A DNA stretch of 48,259 nt from Deltaproteobacteria bacterium (GCA_016937935.1 JAFGVO010000264.1:1-48259), one strand, 5' to 3'. Shown: positions 1 to 9,478, counted from the first letter of the stretch. Notes: a model not told the origin generated them from the letters alone. Numbers and translations: made by a program.

Positions 1-102
1 TCCCCAACCACCGCTCTCGACCTGCTTTTCCAGGGAAAACTCCCGGATTTCGAATCCTGTCTGCCAACTACCGCTGAATAGTTACAACTTTTCTTATATT
101 AC

Positions 103-130
103 TTGACTAAATATCAACCGTGCTTACATT
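103..130 (+). promoter_or_regulatory. candidate sigma70-type promoter upstream of dnaK
   Basis: TTGACT (103-108), a 16-nt spacer, then TACATT (125-130), about 80 nt upstream of the dnaK ATG. An AAGGAG RBS lies at 196-201. No CIRCE-like inverted repeat was seen. Confidence 0.3.
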
Positions 131-209
131 TTGTCCACCCTAAAGTAGGGGCAGGTTAAATTAAGCAAATTTCGAAAATAAATATATCGACGAATAAGGA
201 GATTTTGTA

Positions 210-2126
210 ATGGGAAAAACTATAGGTATAGATCTTGGAACTACTAACAGCTGTGTGGCTGTTATTGAAGGAAACGAACCAATTGTTGTTACAAATGAAG
301 AAGGTACAAGAACAACTCCTTCAGTTGTTGCGTGGGATGAGCAGGGTGAAACACTTGTTGGTCAGGTAGCCAAAAGACAATCCATTACCAATCCGGAAAA
401 TACAATATTTTCAATTAAAAGATTTATGGGGCGTAAATTTAATGAAGTTGGAGAGGAAGCTAAAATGGTTCCCTACAACATCGAGAAAGCGGCTAACGGT
501 GATGTTGCTGTTGATGTCAGAGGCAAAAAATTTGCTCCCCCTGAAATTTCTGCAAGAGTATTGATGAAATTAAAAAAGGCTGCTGAAGACTATCTTGGAG
601 AAGAGGTAACTGATGCTGTTATTACTGTGCCGGCCTATTTTAATGACTCTCAGCGTCAGGCAACCAAAGATGCGGGAAGAATTGCCGGCCTTGATGTTAA
701 AAGAATTGTCAATGAGCCAACAGCTGCAGCTCTTGCCTATGGACTTGATAAAAAAGAGGAAGAGATTATTGCCGTTTTTGACTTTGGCGGAGGAACTTTT
801 GATATTTCCATTCTCGAAGTTGGTGACAATGTTGTACAGGTTATTTCCACAAATGGTGACACACACCTGGGTGGTGACAATGTTGACAAAGTAATTATTG
901 ACTATCTCATAGCCGAGTTCAAAAAAGATCAGGGAATAGATATTTCTAAAGACAAAATGGTGCTTCAACGTTTGAAAGAGGCTTCTGAAAAAGCAAAAAT
1001 CGAACTGAGCTCTGTTATGGAGACACACATCAATCTTCCATTTCTTACTGCAGATGCAACAGGCCCCAAGCACCTTGACATTAAACTCTCCAGAGCAAAA
1101 TTTGAATCAATGATTTCTAATCTTGTTGAGCGCTCACTTATTCCGACCAAAAAAGCACTTGATGATGCGGGTAAAAGTACCAGCGAAATTAATGAGGTTA
1201 TTCTTGTTGGCGGTTCTACCAGAATCCCTGCTGTGCAGGAGGCTGTTGAAAAATTCTTTGGCAAAAAACCTCATAAAGGTGTTAATCCCGATGAAGTTGT
1301 TGCCCTTGGTGCAGCAGTTCAGGCAGGTGTGTTAGCCGGTGACGTTAAAGATCTCCTTCTTTTAGATGTTACCCCTCTCTCCCTTGGTGTTGAAACCCTT
1401 GGTGGAGTAACAACAAAGATGATTGAACGAAACACAACAATTCCTGCAAAAAAATCAGAGATTTATTCTACTGCTGCTGATAACCAGACATCTGTTGAAA
1501 TTCACGTTCTTCAAGGTGAACGCCAGATGGCTGCGGACAATAAAACTTTAGGCAAATTTCATCTGGAAGGAATTATGCCAGCCCCGAGAGGTGTTCCCAA
1601 AGTTGAAGTTACTTTTGATATTGATGCAAACGGAATTGCACATGTTTCTGCAAAAGATCTCGCTACAGGTAAAGAGCAGAAAATTACAATTACCGCATCT
1701 TCGGGTTTATCTGAAAATGAAATTGACCGTATGGTTAGCGATGCTGAGAAAAACAAATCAGCAGATGAGAAGAAAAGAAAAGAGATTGAGACCCGCAACA
1801 AGGCTGAACAGCTGGCTTACGGAATTGAAAAAACCCTTAGCGAAAATAAAGACAAGCTTCCCGCTGAAGAGGTCACTAATGTTGAAAAAGCTATTGTAAC
1901 ATTAAGAGAAGCGATAAAATCTGAAGATACTGCAAAAATTGAGACTGAAATGGAAAATCTCACAAAAGCATCACATAAAATTGCAGAGCTGGCATATCAG
2001 CAGGCCGGAAGCCCTGAAGGTGCTGGTGTTGCCGGAGCAGCACCAGGAGGAACCGCACCCGGTGGTGAAAATCCTGCTGCCGATGGTGACAGTGATGTAA
2101 TCGATGCTGAGTTCGAAGAAAATTAA
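210..2126 (+). CDS. dnaK: molecular chaperone DnaK (Hsp70)
   Basis: 638-aa ORF with Hsp70 signatures [17 protein letters not shown] and [11 protein letters not shown], plus a Gly/Ala/Pro-rich acidic C-terminal tail. AAGGAG RBS. Confidence 0.98.
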   Translation: MGKTIGIDLGTTNSCVAVIEGNEPIVVTNEEGTRTTPSVVAWDEQGETLVGQVAKRQSITNPENTIFSIKRFMGRKFNEVGEEAKMVPYNIEKAANGDVAVDVRGKKFAPPEISARVLMKLKKAAEDYLGEEVTDAVITVPAYFNDSQRQATKDAGRIAGLDVKRIVNEPTAAALAYGLDKKEEEIIAVFDFGGGTFDISILEVGDNVVQVISTNGDTHLGGDNVDKVIIDYLIAEFKKDQGIDISKDKMVLQRLKEASEKAKIELSSVMETHINLPFLTADATGPKHLDIKLSRAKFESMISNLVERSLIPTKKALDDAGKSTSEINEVILVGGSTRIPAVQEAVEKFFGKKPHKGVNPDEVVALGAAVQAGVLAGDVKDLLLLDVTPLSLGVETLGGVTTKMIERNTTIPAKKSEIYSTAADNQTSVEIHVLQGERQMAADNKTLGKFHLEGIMPAPRGVPKVEVTFDIDANGIAHVSAKDLATGKEQKITITASSGLSENEIDRMVSDAEKNKSADEKKRKEIETRNKAEQLAYGIEKTLSENKDKLPAEEVTNVEKAIVTLREAIKSEDTAKIETEMENLTKASHKIAELAYQQAGSPEGAGVAGAAPGGTAPGGENPAADGDSDVIDAEFEEN

Positions 2127-2214
2127 GCCTGATTTTCACATCTAATCAATAATAATTCCCCCATTTTAATATCTTTAAATTTAAAAAAATCTAAATAAAT
2201 AAAACCTGAACTTT

Positions 2215-2385
2215 ATCCAAATGGCCTCCGTCCGGATATGATAAGCCAGAAACTATCAACAAGTAATTTAATGTATAATTTCAACACATTACCAATCTTT
2301 AGAAATGGACTCCGTCCGGATATGCTATCCAAATAGAAATGGCCTCCGTCCGGATATGCTATCCAAATGGCCTCCGTCCGGATAT
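2215..2385 (+). repeat. array of four direct copies of a GC-rich motif GG(C/A)CTCCGTCCGGATAT (28-nt unit GGCCTCCGTCCGGATATGCTATCCAAAT)
   Basis: 17-mer copies lie at 2223-2239, 2307-2323 (one mismatch), 2341-2357 and 2369-2385, so start spacings are 84, 34 and 28 nt. Two copies are followed by the palindrome GGATA-TGC-TATCC. The array is intergenic between dnaK and rex. Confidence 0.85.
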
Positions 2386-2486
2386 AGTCGGTTGGTAAAT
2401 TGTACAAATCGTCATAAACTTTATACATCTCCCGCCGTATTTCCTCGCAGGGTTCAATTTTTATTAGTTTGAACTAAAAAAATCAG

Positions 2487-2516
2487 TTGACTTGAAAAAT
2501 AATTAATGCATATTGT
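2487..2516 (+). promoter_or_regulatory. candidate sigma70-type promoter of the rex-hyd cluster
   Basis: TTGACT (2487-2492), a 17-18 nt AT-rich spacer, then ATATTG/TATTGT (2510-2516). It lies about 55 nt upstream of the rex ATG at 2571. Confidence 0.4.
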
Positions 2517-2528
2517 TTCAATGTGAGC

Positions 2529-2544
2529 TGTGAAAAAAATAACA
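2529..2544 (+). promoter_or_regulatory. candidate Rex operator (TGTGAA-N4-TTCACA-like)
   Basis: The site reads TGTGAA-AAAA-ATAACA. One half-site is perfect and the other matches 4/6 of the published Rex box half-site. It sits between the candidate -10 and the rex start codon. Confidence 0.35.
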
Positions 2545-2570
2545 GCGTTACAAAAATAACGAGGTCGAAA

Positions 2571-3194
2571 ATGACACCAAAGAAAATCGCAGAAAAAACA
2601 GTAGAAAGACTAATTGTCATTCATCGAATTCTTGTATCCCAAAAAGCAAATAATATTAAGTTTATCTATTCCCATGAAATTGCAAAACTTTCAGGTTTAA
2701 GCGCTCCACAGATAAGGCGGGATCTCATGCTGGTAGGATACTCGGGAAGCCCGGCCAAAGGCTACGATGTCAGTAAACTTAAAAATACGATAAATACATT
2801 TTTGGGCTTCAAGAAAAATAAAGAGGCTGTACTTGTTGGACTGGGATACCTTGGACGGGCACTTTTAGGATATTTTAACGGTCAGGATTCAAACATCAAA
2901 TTCTCCATGGCTTTTGATATTAATCCCGAACGGGTAAATCGAATCATCTCAGGTGTAAACTGCTATCATATTGATGAAATGGGCTCCCGATTAAGCTCAT
3001 CAAACATAAATATATGCGTTATTGCAGTACCAAAGCAAAGCGCCCAGGAAGTTGCCTGGACCGCTGTGGATAATAAAATAATCTCAATCTTGAACTTTGC
3101 CCCCCAACATTTACGGGTTCCTGAAAATGTTCACGTTGAAAACCTGGACCTCATGACAATGTTAGAAAAAGCGGCTTATTACTCAATGGAATAA
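2571..3194 (+). CDS. rex: redox-sensing transcriptional repressor Rex
   Basis: The ORF track starts at GTG 2523, but ATG 2571 has a GAGG RBS about 7 nt upstream. The N-terminus is a winged helix (SHEIAKLSGLSAPQIRRDLMLVGYSGSPAKGYDV), followed by a Rossmann GLGYLGRAL NAD(H) motif. Confidence 0.9.
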   Translation: MTPKKIAEKTVERLIVIHRILVSQKANNIKFIYSHEIAKLSGLSAPQIRRDLMLVGYSGSPAKGYDVSKLKNTINTFLGFKKNKEAVLVGLGYLGRALLGYFNGQDSNIKFSMAFDINPERVNRIISGVNCYHIDEMGSRLSSSNINICVIAVPKQSAQEVAWTAVDNKIISILNFAPQHLRVPENVHVENLDLMTMLEKAAYYSME

Positions 3195-3216
3195 TTTTTT
3201 ATAAAGGGTGGAATAT

Positions 3217-3708
3217 ATGAGTGAAATTAAACAGATAGAAAACATTTTAGAAAATTACAAAGACTCAGGGAGAGAAATGCTGATTCCTGTTCTTCAAGAG
3301 GTTCAGGAAGAGATCGGCTATCTTTCAAAAGATGCAGTAATTATTATTGGAAAGAGCCTTAAACTCCCCACAAGTAAAATATACGGGGTGGCTACATTTT
3401 ATAATCAGTTCAGGTTTCAGAAACAGGGAGCCTGTCATCTTCAGATATGCAGAGGAACAGCTTGCCATGTTAAAGGTTCAGCAAATATTCTCGAATCTTT
3501 TGAAAGAAATCTGAATATTAAAGCCGGTGAAACTACAAAAGATGGAAAATTTTCCATCGAAGTTGTCGCCTGCATCGGTGCTTGCGGTCTGGCTCCTGTC
3601 ATTGCTGCAAACGGGGAATTTCACGCAAGGCTTAAAGAAGACAATGTAAATGGAATAATTGATAGCTACAAATCAGATGAACCAACTGAAAAGAAGGTAA
3701 AACAGTGA
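3217..3708 (+). CDS. hydC: [FeFe]-hydrogenase NuoE-like [2Fe-2S] subunit (HydC/HndA type)
   Basis: Thioredoxin-like [2Fe-2S] ferredoxin pattern C-x4-C ... C-x3-C (CRGTACHVKG ... ACIGACGLAP). ATG 3217 is preceded by AAGGGTGG. The ORF track starts 9 nt earlier at GTG. Confidence 0.9.
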   Translation: MSEIKQIENILENYKDSGREMLIPVLQEVQEEIGYLSKDAVIIIGKSLKLPTSKIYGVATFYNQFRFQKQGACHLQICRGTACHVKGSANILESFERNLNIKAGETTKDGKFSIEVVACIGACGLAPVIAANGEFHARLKEDNVNGIIDSYKSDEPTEKKVKQ

Positions 3709-5711
3709 TGAATTTAAAACCTCTTACAAAAATATTTAACGACGAAAGATGTACTCATAAGATTGAAACACCCTGCAGACACCTTTTAACATGTTTAAAT
3801 GAAGGACCTGTCTGTTATAAAAGTGACGATTCAATCAAAAATGTTGAAAACTGGAAAAGTGAAACCCTTAGAACAGCAACCCAAAAACCTCTAATAATTG
3901 TAGGTTCGGGCACCTGCGGTTTAGGAGCAGGATCACAAAGCAGTTATGATAAAATAAAAGAGTATCTTGAAGCTAACAATATTGATGCGGAACTCGCAAA
4001 AACCGGATGCATCGGTCTTTGCGCCAAGGAACCCATTGTTGATATTCAACTACCTGGAAAAAACAGAATCTCTTTTGGAATGGTAACGGAAAAAAGAGTT
4101 GAAAACCTGCTCGAATCAGTATTGGCAGGAACCCTGCCTAAAAAAGGTGTTGAAATATTATATCAGCATAGAAACGATAATGAAAGTTTTGCGGATGTTC
4201 CTTTTATTGATGAACATCCGTTTTTTAAATTTCAGAAAAGAGCGGTTCTTCTAAATTGCGGAGTAAATGACCCCGTAAGTATTGCAGACTATATTGCAAG
4301 AGGAGGCTATGCATCCCTCAGTAAAATTCTTCATTCTAAAACCAGAGATGAAGTTTGTGATGATGTTGAAAAAAGCGGTCTCAGAGGACGAGGTGGTGGC
4401 GGTTTCCTTGCGGGCAAAAAATGGAAGTTCGCTAAAAATACAGCTGCAGATCAAAAATATATGATTTGTAATGCTGATGAGGGAGATCCAGGGGCATTTA
4501 TGGATAGAGCCGTAATTGAAGGTGACCCCCACTCCCTGCTTGAAGGCCTTTCTATAGCAGCCTACGCAATTGGAGCATCTGTTGCGTACATTTATATCAG
4601 AGCAGAATACCCCCTTGCAATCAAACATCTTAATATTGCAATTGAGGACTCAAAAGCAAATGGCCTTTTAGGTTCCAATATTTTAGACAGTGGTGTTAAT
4701 CTGGAAATTAAAATCAAAAAAGGTGCCGGCGCTTTCGTATGTGGTGAAGAGACTGCTCTTATTAACAGTATCGAAGGTAAGCGGGGAATGCCGAGGCCAC
4801 GTCCGCCCTTCCCCGCTGTTAGTGGTCTGTTTGGCAAACCCACAATTATCAACAATGTCGAAACCCTTGCAAATCTTCCCGGAATTTTCAGAAACGGTGT
4901 AGAGGTATTTGCAAAATCAGGCACAGCCACAAGCAAAGGTACAAAAGTTTTTGCACTCTCGGGAAAAGTTGAAAATACAGGTCTTGTTGAAGTTGAGATG
5001 GGCACCACCATGAGAAAAATAGTTTTTGATATTGGAGGTGGTATTCCTTTTAACAATGAGTTCAAAGCTGTACAGATTGGGGGACCGTCCGGTGGCTGTA
5101 TTCCCCTTAGCCATTTAGATACTGAAGTTGATTATGAATCAATAAAAGAACTTGGTGCCATGATGGGTTCAGGAGGGCTTGTTGTAATGGATAACAAAAC
5201 CTGCATGGTTGATGTTGCAAAATTCTTTATGGATTTTATTCAATCAGAAAGTTGCGGCAAATGTATCCCCTGCAGAGAAGGCACTAAAAGAATGCTTGAG
5301 ATTCTTGAGAGAATAACTAAAGGAAGAGAGTCTGAAAGCAATATTGATGCTCTGGACAGATTCAAAGGCATTACCGAAATTGAAAAATTATCAAAAGTAA
5401 TTCAGAGCACAAGTCTCTGCGGACTTGGACAGACTGCACCAAACCCGGTTTTAAGTACACTCAAGTGGTTTAAAAATGAATACGAAGAACATGTCTTTGA
5501 ACGAAAATGCAGAGCAGGTGTCTGCAGAGAACTCGTTAAATATGAAATAAACAGCGACGCATGTACAGGGTGTATGCTCTGTATGAAAAAATGCCCTGTG
5601 GATGCGATCATGGGCGCAAAAAAGACAGCTCATTATATTATTGAGGATAAATGTATAAAATGCGGTGTCTGCTTTGATGTATGCAAACAAAATGCTGTTA
5701 AAGTAGCCTGA
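3705..5711 (+). CDS. hydB: [FeFe]-hydrogenase NuoF-like flavoprotein subunit (HydB/HndC type)
   Basis: N-terminal Trx-like [2Fe-2S] region. NADH/FMN motifs GLRGRGGGGF and CNADEGDPGAF. NuoF [4Fe-4S] motif SCGKCIPCREG...LCGLG. C-terminal 2x[4Fe-4S] ferredoxin (CTGCMLCMKKCP, CIKCGVCFDVC). The start overlaps the hydC stop (GTGATG). Confidence 0.92.
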   Translation: MMNLKPLTKIFNDERCTHKIETPCRHLLTCLNEGPVCYKSDDSIKNVENWKSETLRTATQKPLIIVGSGTCGLGAGSQSSYDKIKEYLEANNIDAELAKTGCIGLCAKEPIVDIQLPGKNRISFGMVTEKRVENLLESVLAGTLPKKGVEILYQHRNDNESFADVPFIDEHPFFKFQKRAVLLNCGVNDPVSIADYIARGGYASLSKILHSKTRDEVCDDVEKSGLRGRGGGGFLAGKKWKFAKNTAADQKYMICNADEGDPGAFMDRAVIEGDPHSLLEGLSIAAYAIGASVAYIYIRAEYPLAIKHLNIAIEDSKANGLLGSNILDSGVNLEIKIKKGAGAFVCGEETALINSIEGKRGMPRPRPPFPAVSGLFGKPTIINNVETLANLPGIFRNGVEVFAKSGTATSKGTKVFALSGKVENTGLVEVEMGTTMRKIVFDIGGGIPFNNEFKAVQIGGPSGGCIPLSHLDTEVDYESIKELGAMMGSGGLVVMDNKTCMVDVAKFFMDFIQSESCGKCIPCREGTKRMLEILERITKGRESESNIDALDRFKGITEIEKLSKVIQSTSLCGLGQTAPNPVLSTLKWFKNEYEEHVFERKCRAGVCRELVKYEINSDACTGCMLCMKKCPVDAIMGAKKTAHYIIEDKCIKCGVCFDVCKQNAVKVA

Positions 5712-5732
5712 AATCAGTCTGGAGTTAATAAG

Positions 5733-7457
5733 ATGTGTAAAATACAAATAAATGGAAAAATTGTTGAAGCTGAAGAAGGGACAATGCTTCTTGATACCCT
5801 TAGAAATAATGGAATCAAAGTACCTACCCTTTGCAATGTGAAAGGCCTTTCACCAACTGGTGCATGCAGAATGTGTGTTGTTGAAGTAGAAGGAATGAAT
5901 AATCTTGTTCCAAGCTGTGCATTTCCCGTATCTGACGGAATGAGCGTTAAATCCCACTCTCCAAGAGCCCTTGAGGCCAGAAGAACAATTATAGAACTGC
6001 TTCTTTCAAGTCACCCCGATGATTGTAACTACTGCTCCCGGAATGGAAGCTGCGAACTTCAGTCAATGGCTGTAGAGCTTGGCATCAGACAACGAAGATA
6101 CAAGGGAAGTTACAAAAAAAGAGATCTTGACGTGTCAAATCCGGCAATTGTCAGAGACCCTGAGAAATGTATCCTCTGCGGAAGATGTGTACGCGTCTGT
6201 GAAGAGATTCAGCACGTTGCAGCAATAGATTTTACAGGAAGAGGGAGCGGTTCGGTTGTTGAGACATCATTTAATCAGGGGCTGAATGTTTCGAGCTGTG
6301 TTAACTGCGGTCAATGTCTGCTGGTCTGCCCGACCGGTGCCCTTGTTGAAAAAAGCAATGTTGATGATGTAATGAAAGCTATTATGGATAAAGACAAGCA
6401 TGTTGTATTGCAGCATGCCCCAAGTGTCTCTGTATCTCTTGCAGAAGAGTTCGGTGTAAAAGCTGGTAAAAATATTGAGGGAGAACTCGTAGCAGCAGCA
6501 AGAATCATTGGCTTTGACCGGGTTTTTGACACATCGTTCAGTGCGGACTTAACAATAATGGAAGAGGCTGCCGAACTTGTAGACAGAGTTGTAAATGGCG
6601 GAAAACTTCCCATGATGACGTCATGCTCCCCTGGATGGATTAAATTTGTAGAGCAGTTTTATCCTGAATTCATCGACAATTTGAGCACCTGTAAAAGTCC
6701 ACAGCAGATGATGGGCGCAATAATAAAAAGTTATTATGCACAAAGAGAAAACATCAATCCTGAAAATATAATCAGCGTTGCTGTTATGCCCTGTACCGCT
6801 AAAAAATTTGAAGCCAGCCGTAACGAGATGACGGTTAACAATATTCCTGATGTTGATTATGTATTGACAACAAGAGAGTTTGCAAAACTCATAAGGTGCC
6901 ATGGAATAAATATTGAACACATAGCACCAGAAGAACCTGATACTCCTTTTGGCGAGAGAAGCAGCGCAGGCAAACTGTTTGGAGCTTCGGGGGGAGTTAT
7001 GGAGGCAGCTATAAGGACAGCATACTTCATGATTACCGGAAAATCCATGACTGATTTAAAAGTTCAAATATTAAGAGGTCAAAAGGATCTGAAAGAAACA
7101 AGTGTTACAATTGGAGATAAAACAATTAATGTTGCTGCGGTAAGCGGACTTGAAAACGCTCAAAAACTTTTAGATGATATTAAAAACAAAAAAAGAGATT
7201 ATCAGTTTATCGAAGTTATGACATGCCCCGGAGGTTGTATCAATGGTGGAGGTCAGCCATTTAACATGGACATTGAAACTGTTAAAAAAAGAGCCTCCGC
7301 AATTTATAATGTTGATAAAAATGAGACGCTTAGACAGTCCCACGAAAACAGATCAATAAAAAGACTGTACGATGAATTTTTAATTGAGCCCCTGTCACAC
7401 AAAAGTCATGTGCTTCTTCACACAAAATATATGGACAGATCTCAGATATTAAAGTGA
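5733..7457 (+). CDS. hydA: [FeFe]-hydrogenase catalytic subunit (CpI-like M3 architecture)
   Basis: N-terminal [2Fe-2S] domain, His-ligated [4Fe-4S] (HPDDCNYCSRNGSC) and 2x[4Fe-4S] (CILCGRCVRVC, CVNCGQCLLVCP). H-cluster motifs are L1 TSCSPGW (non-canonical), L2 MPCTAKKFE and L3 EVMTCPGGCINGGGQP. GGAG RBS. Confidence 0.93.
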   Translation: MCKIQINGKIVEAEEGTMLLDTLRNNGIKVPTLCNVKGLSPTGACRMCVVEVEGMNNLVPSCAFPVSDGMSVKSHSPRALEARRTIIELLLSSHPDDCNYCSRNGSCELQSMAVELGIRQRRYKGSYKKRDLDVSNPAIVRDPEKCILCGRCVRVCEEIQHVAAIDFTGRGSGSVVETSFNQGLNVSSCVNCGQCLLVCPTGALVEKSNVDDVMKAIMDKDKHVVLQHAPSVSVSLAEEFGVKAGKNIEGELVAAARIIGFDRVFDTSFSADLTIMEEAAELVDRVVNGGKLPMMTSCSPGWIKFVEQFYPEFIDNLSTCKSPQQMMGAIIKSYYAQRENINPENIISVAVMPCTAKKFEASRNEMTVNNIPDVDYVLTTREFAKLIRCHGINIEHIAPEEPDTPFGERSSAGKLFGASGGVMEAAIRTAYFMITGKSMTDLKVQILRGQKDLKETSVTIGDKTINVAAVSGLENAQKLLDDIKNKKRDYQFIEVMTCPGGCINGGGQPFNMDIETVKKRASAIYNVDKNETLRQSHENRSIKRLYDEFLIEPLSHKSHVLLHTKYMDRSQILK

Positions 7458-7465
7458 TTTAAATT

Positions 7466-9478
7466 ATGGTTACAGGTAAAGACATCAATAAGGCATTTGT
7501 TCGTACTGCAAAAGAAAAATGCAGAGTGTGCTACACCTGCGTACGAGAGTGTCCCGCAAAAGCAATACGAATTTTTGACGGTCAAGCAGAAATAATTGCA
7601 GACCGCTGTATTGCCTGTGGTAATTGCGTTAAAGTATGCAGCCAGAATGCAAAACAGATAGTTGATTCTTCGGAGTGTATTAATGAAATTTTAAACAGTT
7701 CTAAAAAAGTTGCCGCCTGTATAGCACCAAGTTTTCCAGCAGATTTTTCTGATGTTGAACCAGAAATTTTAGTGGGAATGTTAAGTAAACTTGGCTTTGA
7801 TTATATAACAGAGGTCTCTTTTGGTGCTGATCTTGTTGCTTATAAATATAAAGAACTCATTGAAAATAGTCATGGAGAAAAATTTATTGCAACAACATGC
7901 CCTGCAATTGTTGCCTATATTGAACGATATCAGGTTGACGCATTTAAAAATCTGGCTCCAATAGTTTCACCGATGATTGCACACGCCAAAGTTTTGAAAC
8001 AGGAGTATGGGGAAGAAGTTAAATTAGTTTTTATTGGTCCATGTATCGCAAAAAAAATGGAGGCTGCATCACATAATCTTTCCGGCTATATTGATTGCGC
8101 TATAACTTTTAAAGAATTAAAACAGCTCTTCGAAGATAAAGATATTACTGCTCAAAATTCATTTAAGAAAAATTTTGACCCGCCTTATCCAGGTCTTGGT
8201 TCTCTGTTTCCTCTTAACGGTGGAATGCTGCAGGCATCAGACATCAAAGAAGATCTTGTTCTTGGGGATATAGTGGCAGCAGACGGATTATCAGAATTTG
8301 TAAGTGCAATTGGAGAATTTGCAGATGGCAATATGGATGTAAAATTACTTGAAGTTCTCTCATGCGAAGGATGCATTATGGGACCGGGTATGACAACGGA
8401 CGAGCCAAAATTCAGAAGACGTTCCAGGGTTAGCAACTATGTTAGAAACAGTGGCTACAATACAAACAACAAAGAACATCTGCTTTATTTCAACAAATAT
8501 AAAAATATTGATCTCTCAAGAAATTATACACTTTTTGATCAGAGAATTCCTTCCCCGTCAAACGAAGAATTGAACGCACTTTTAAAACGACTTGGAAAAG
8601 AGAGTGAAAAAGATGAACTTAACTGTCAGGCCTGTGGATATACAACATGCCGTGAACATGCTATCGCAATTCATAAAGGTCTTGCAGAAGATGAAATGTG
8701 TCTGCCCTTTGTAATTGAAAAATTAAAAAATACGGTTAACGCCCTCTCTGTTTCACATAAGCATCTTGAAGATACAAAAGATCAGCTTCTCCACTCGGAA
8801 AAACTGGCAAGCATGGGACAGCTTGCCGCAGGTGTTGCTCACGAGCTTAATAACCCCCTTGGTGTTGTTTTAATGTATTCACATCTGCTATTAGATGATC
8901 TGGATAAAGATACCGAACTCTATCAGGATCTGAAAATGATAACTCAACAGGCGGAACGGGGTAAAAAAATAGTGGCAAATCTTTTGGATTTTGCAAGAGA
9001 GAATAAAGTTTTAATTGAAGAAGTTGATATAAAAACCATACTCAAAAGAGCAGTTCAAAGCACAATTATTTCTGATAACATTAATGTTTCATTTAATTTT
9101 AATCACAAAAGCAAAACGTGCGAAATGGACAGGGATCAGATGCTTCAGGTGTTTACCAATATAATTTCAAATGCAAATGCGGCAATGGAAAATGGTGGTA
9201 AACTTATTATTTCAACGGATGACAATGAGGCGGAATTAAGAATAAGATTTAGTGACAATGGAGAGGGAATTGAAAAAAATAATTTAGATAAAATTTTTCA
9301 ACCATTTTTCACAACCCGCAAAATGGGTAAAGGTACCGGCCTTGGACTTGCTGTCTCTTATGGAATCGTAAAAATGCATAGAGGTCGGATTGAAGTAAAA
9401 TCGAATGCAGACAAAGAAAAAGGTGAGACAGGAAGCGAATTCCAGGTATGTCTCCCCAGGTTTGCAAAACTTGGATAA
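7466..9478 (+). CDS. hydS: HydS-type (putative sensory) [FeFe]-hydrogenase domain fused to a histidine kinase
   Basis: Domains in order:
- 2x[4Fe-4S] ferredoxin (CRVCYTCVRECP, CIACGNCVKVC).
- Short H-domain with variant motifs TTCPA, GPCIAKKME and EVLSCEGCIMGPG.
- A Cx2Cx4Cx16C motif (aa 387-412).
- HisKA H-box GVAHELNNPL.
- HATPase N-box NIISNANAAM, G1 DNGEGI and G2 GTGLGL.
I noticed no TM helices and no PAS domain. Confidence 0.85.
   Translation: MVTGKDINKAFVRTAKEKCRVCYTCVRECPAKAIRIFDGQAEIIADRCIACGNCVKVCSQNAKQIVDSSECINEILNSSKKVAACIAPSFPADFSDVEPEILVGMLSKLGFDYITEVSFGADLVAYKYKELIENSHGEKFIATTCPAIVAYIERYQVDAFKNLAPIVSPMIAHAKVLKQEYGEEVKLVFIGPCIAKKMEAASHNLSGYIDCAITFKELKQLFEDKDITAQNSFKKNFDPPYPGLGSLFPLNGGMLQASDIKEDLVLGDIVAADGLSEFVSAIGEFADGNMDVKLLEVLSCEGCIMGPGMTTDEPKFRRRSRVSNYVRNSGYNTNNKEHLLYFNKYKNIDLSRNYTLFDQRIPSPSNEELNALLKRLGKESEKDELNCQACGYTTCREHAIAIHKGLAEDEMCLPFVIEKLKNTVNALSVSHKHLEDTKDQLLHSEKLASMGQLAAGVAHELNNPLGVVLMYSHLLLDDLDKDTELYQDLKMITQQAERGKKIVANLLDFARENKVLIEEVDIKTILKRAVQSTIISDNINVSFNFNHKSKTCEMDRDQMLQVFTNIISNANAAMENGGKLIISTDDNEAELRIRFSDNGEGIEKNNLDKIFQPFFTTRKMGKGTGLGLAVSYGIVKMHRGRIEVKSNADKEKGETGSEFQVCLPRFAKLG

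Noticed and set aside
1-81. GC-rich first 81 nt containing GGATTTCGAATCC (T-loop-like TTCGAA). Candidates are a tRNA/tmRNA fragment or the tail of an upstream CDS (frame 1 is open to TAG at 79-81).
   Set aside because: I could not fold a cloverleaf on either strand. The acceptor and anticodon arms do not pair, the spacing is too short, and there is no CCA context. The 26-codon open frame has no recognisable family, and its C-terminus is not GrpE-like. It is truncated by the window edge, so I left it unannotated.
570-1073. Antisense and out-of-frame ORFs listed in the track inside strongly supported genes. Examples are 570-1073, 4592-5065, 6311-6613, 15893-16261, 19476-19862, 27111-27524, 28859-29164, 35081-35278, 43416-43808 and 47512-47781.
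   Set aside because: Each lies wholly within, or opposite, a gene with clear family signatures. Their translations are low-complexity and lack motifs or RBSs. They are shadow ORFs.
2215-2385. Possible CRISPR array
   Set aside because: The repeats are only 17-28 nt with irregular spacers of 0, 6 and about 67 nt. There are only four copies, and no cas genes or leader are present in the window.
2213-2428. 71-aa minus-strand ORF from the track that covers the repeat array
   Set aside because: The four repeat copies are read in three different reading frames (IRTEAIW / YPDGGHF / ISGR(S/R)PF). The repeat is therefore conserved at the DNA level, not the protein level. There is no RBS, and the protein is low-complexity.
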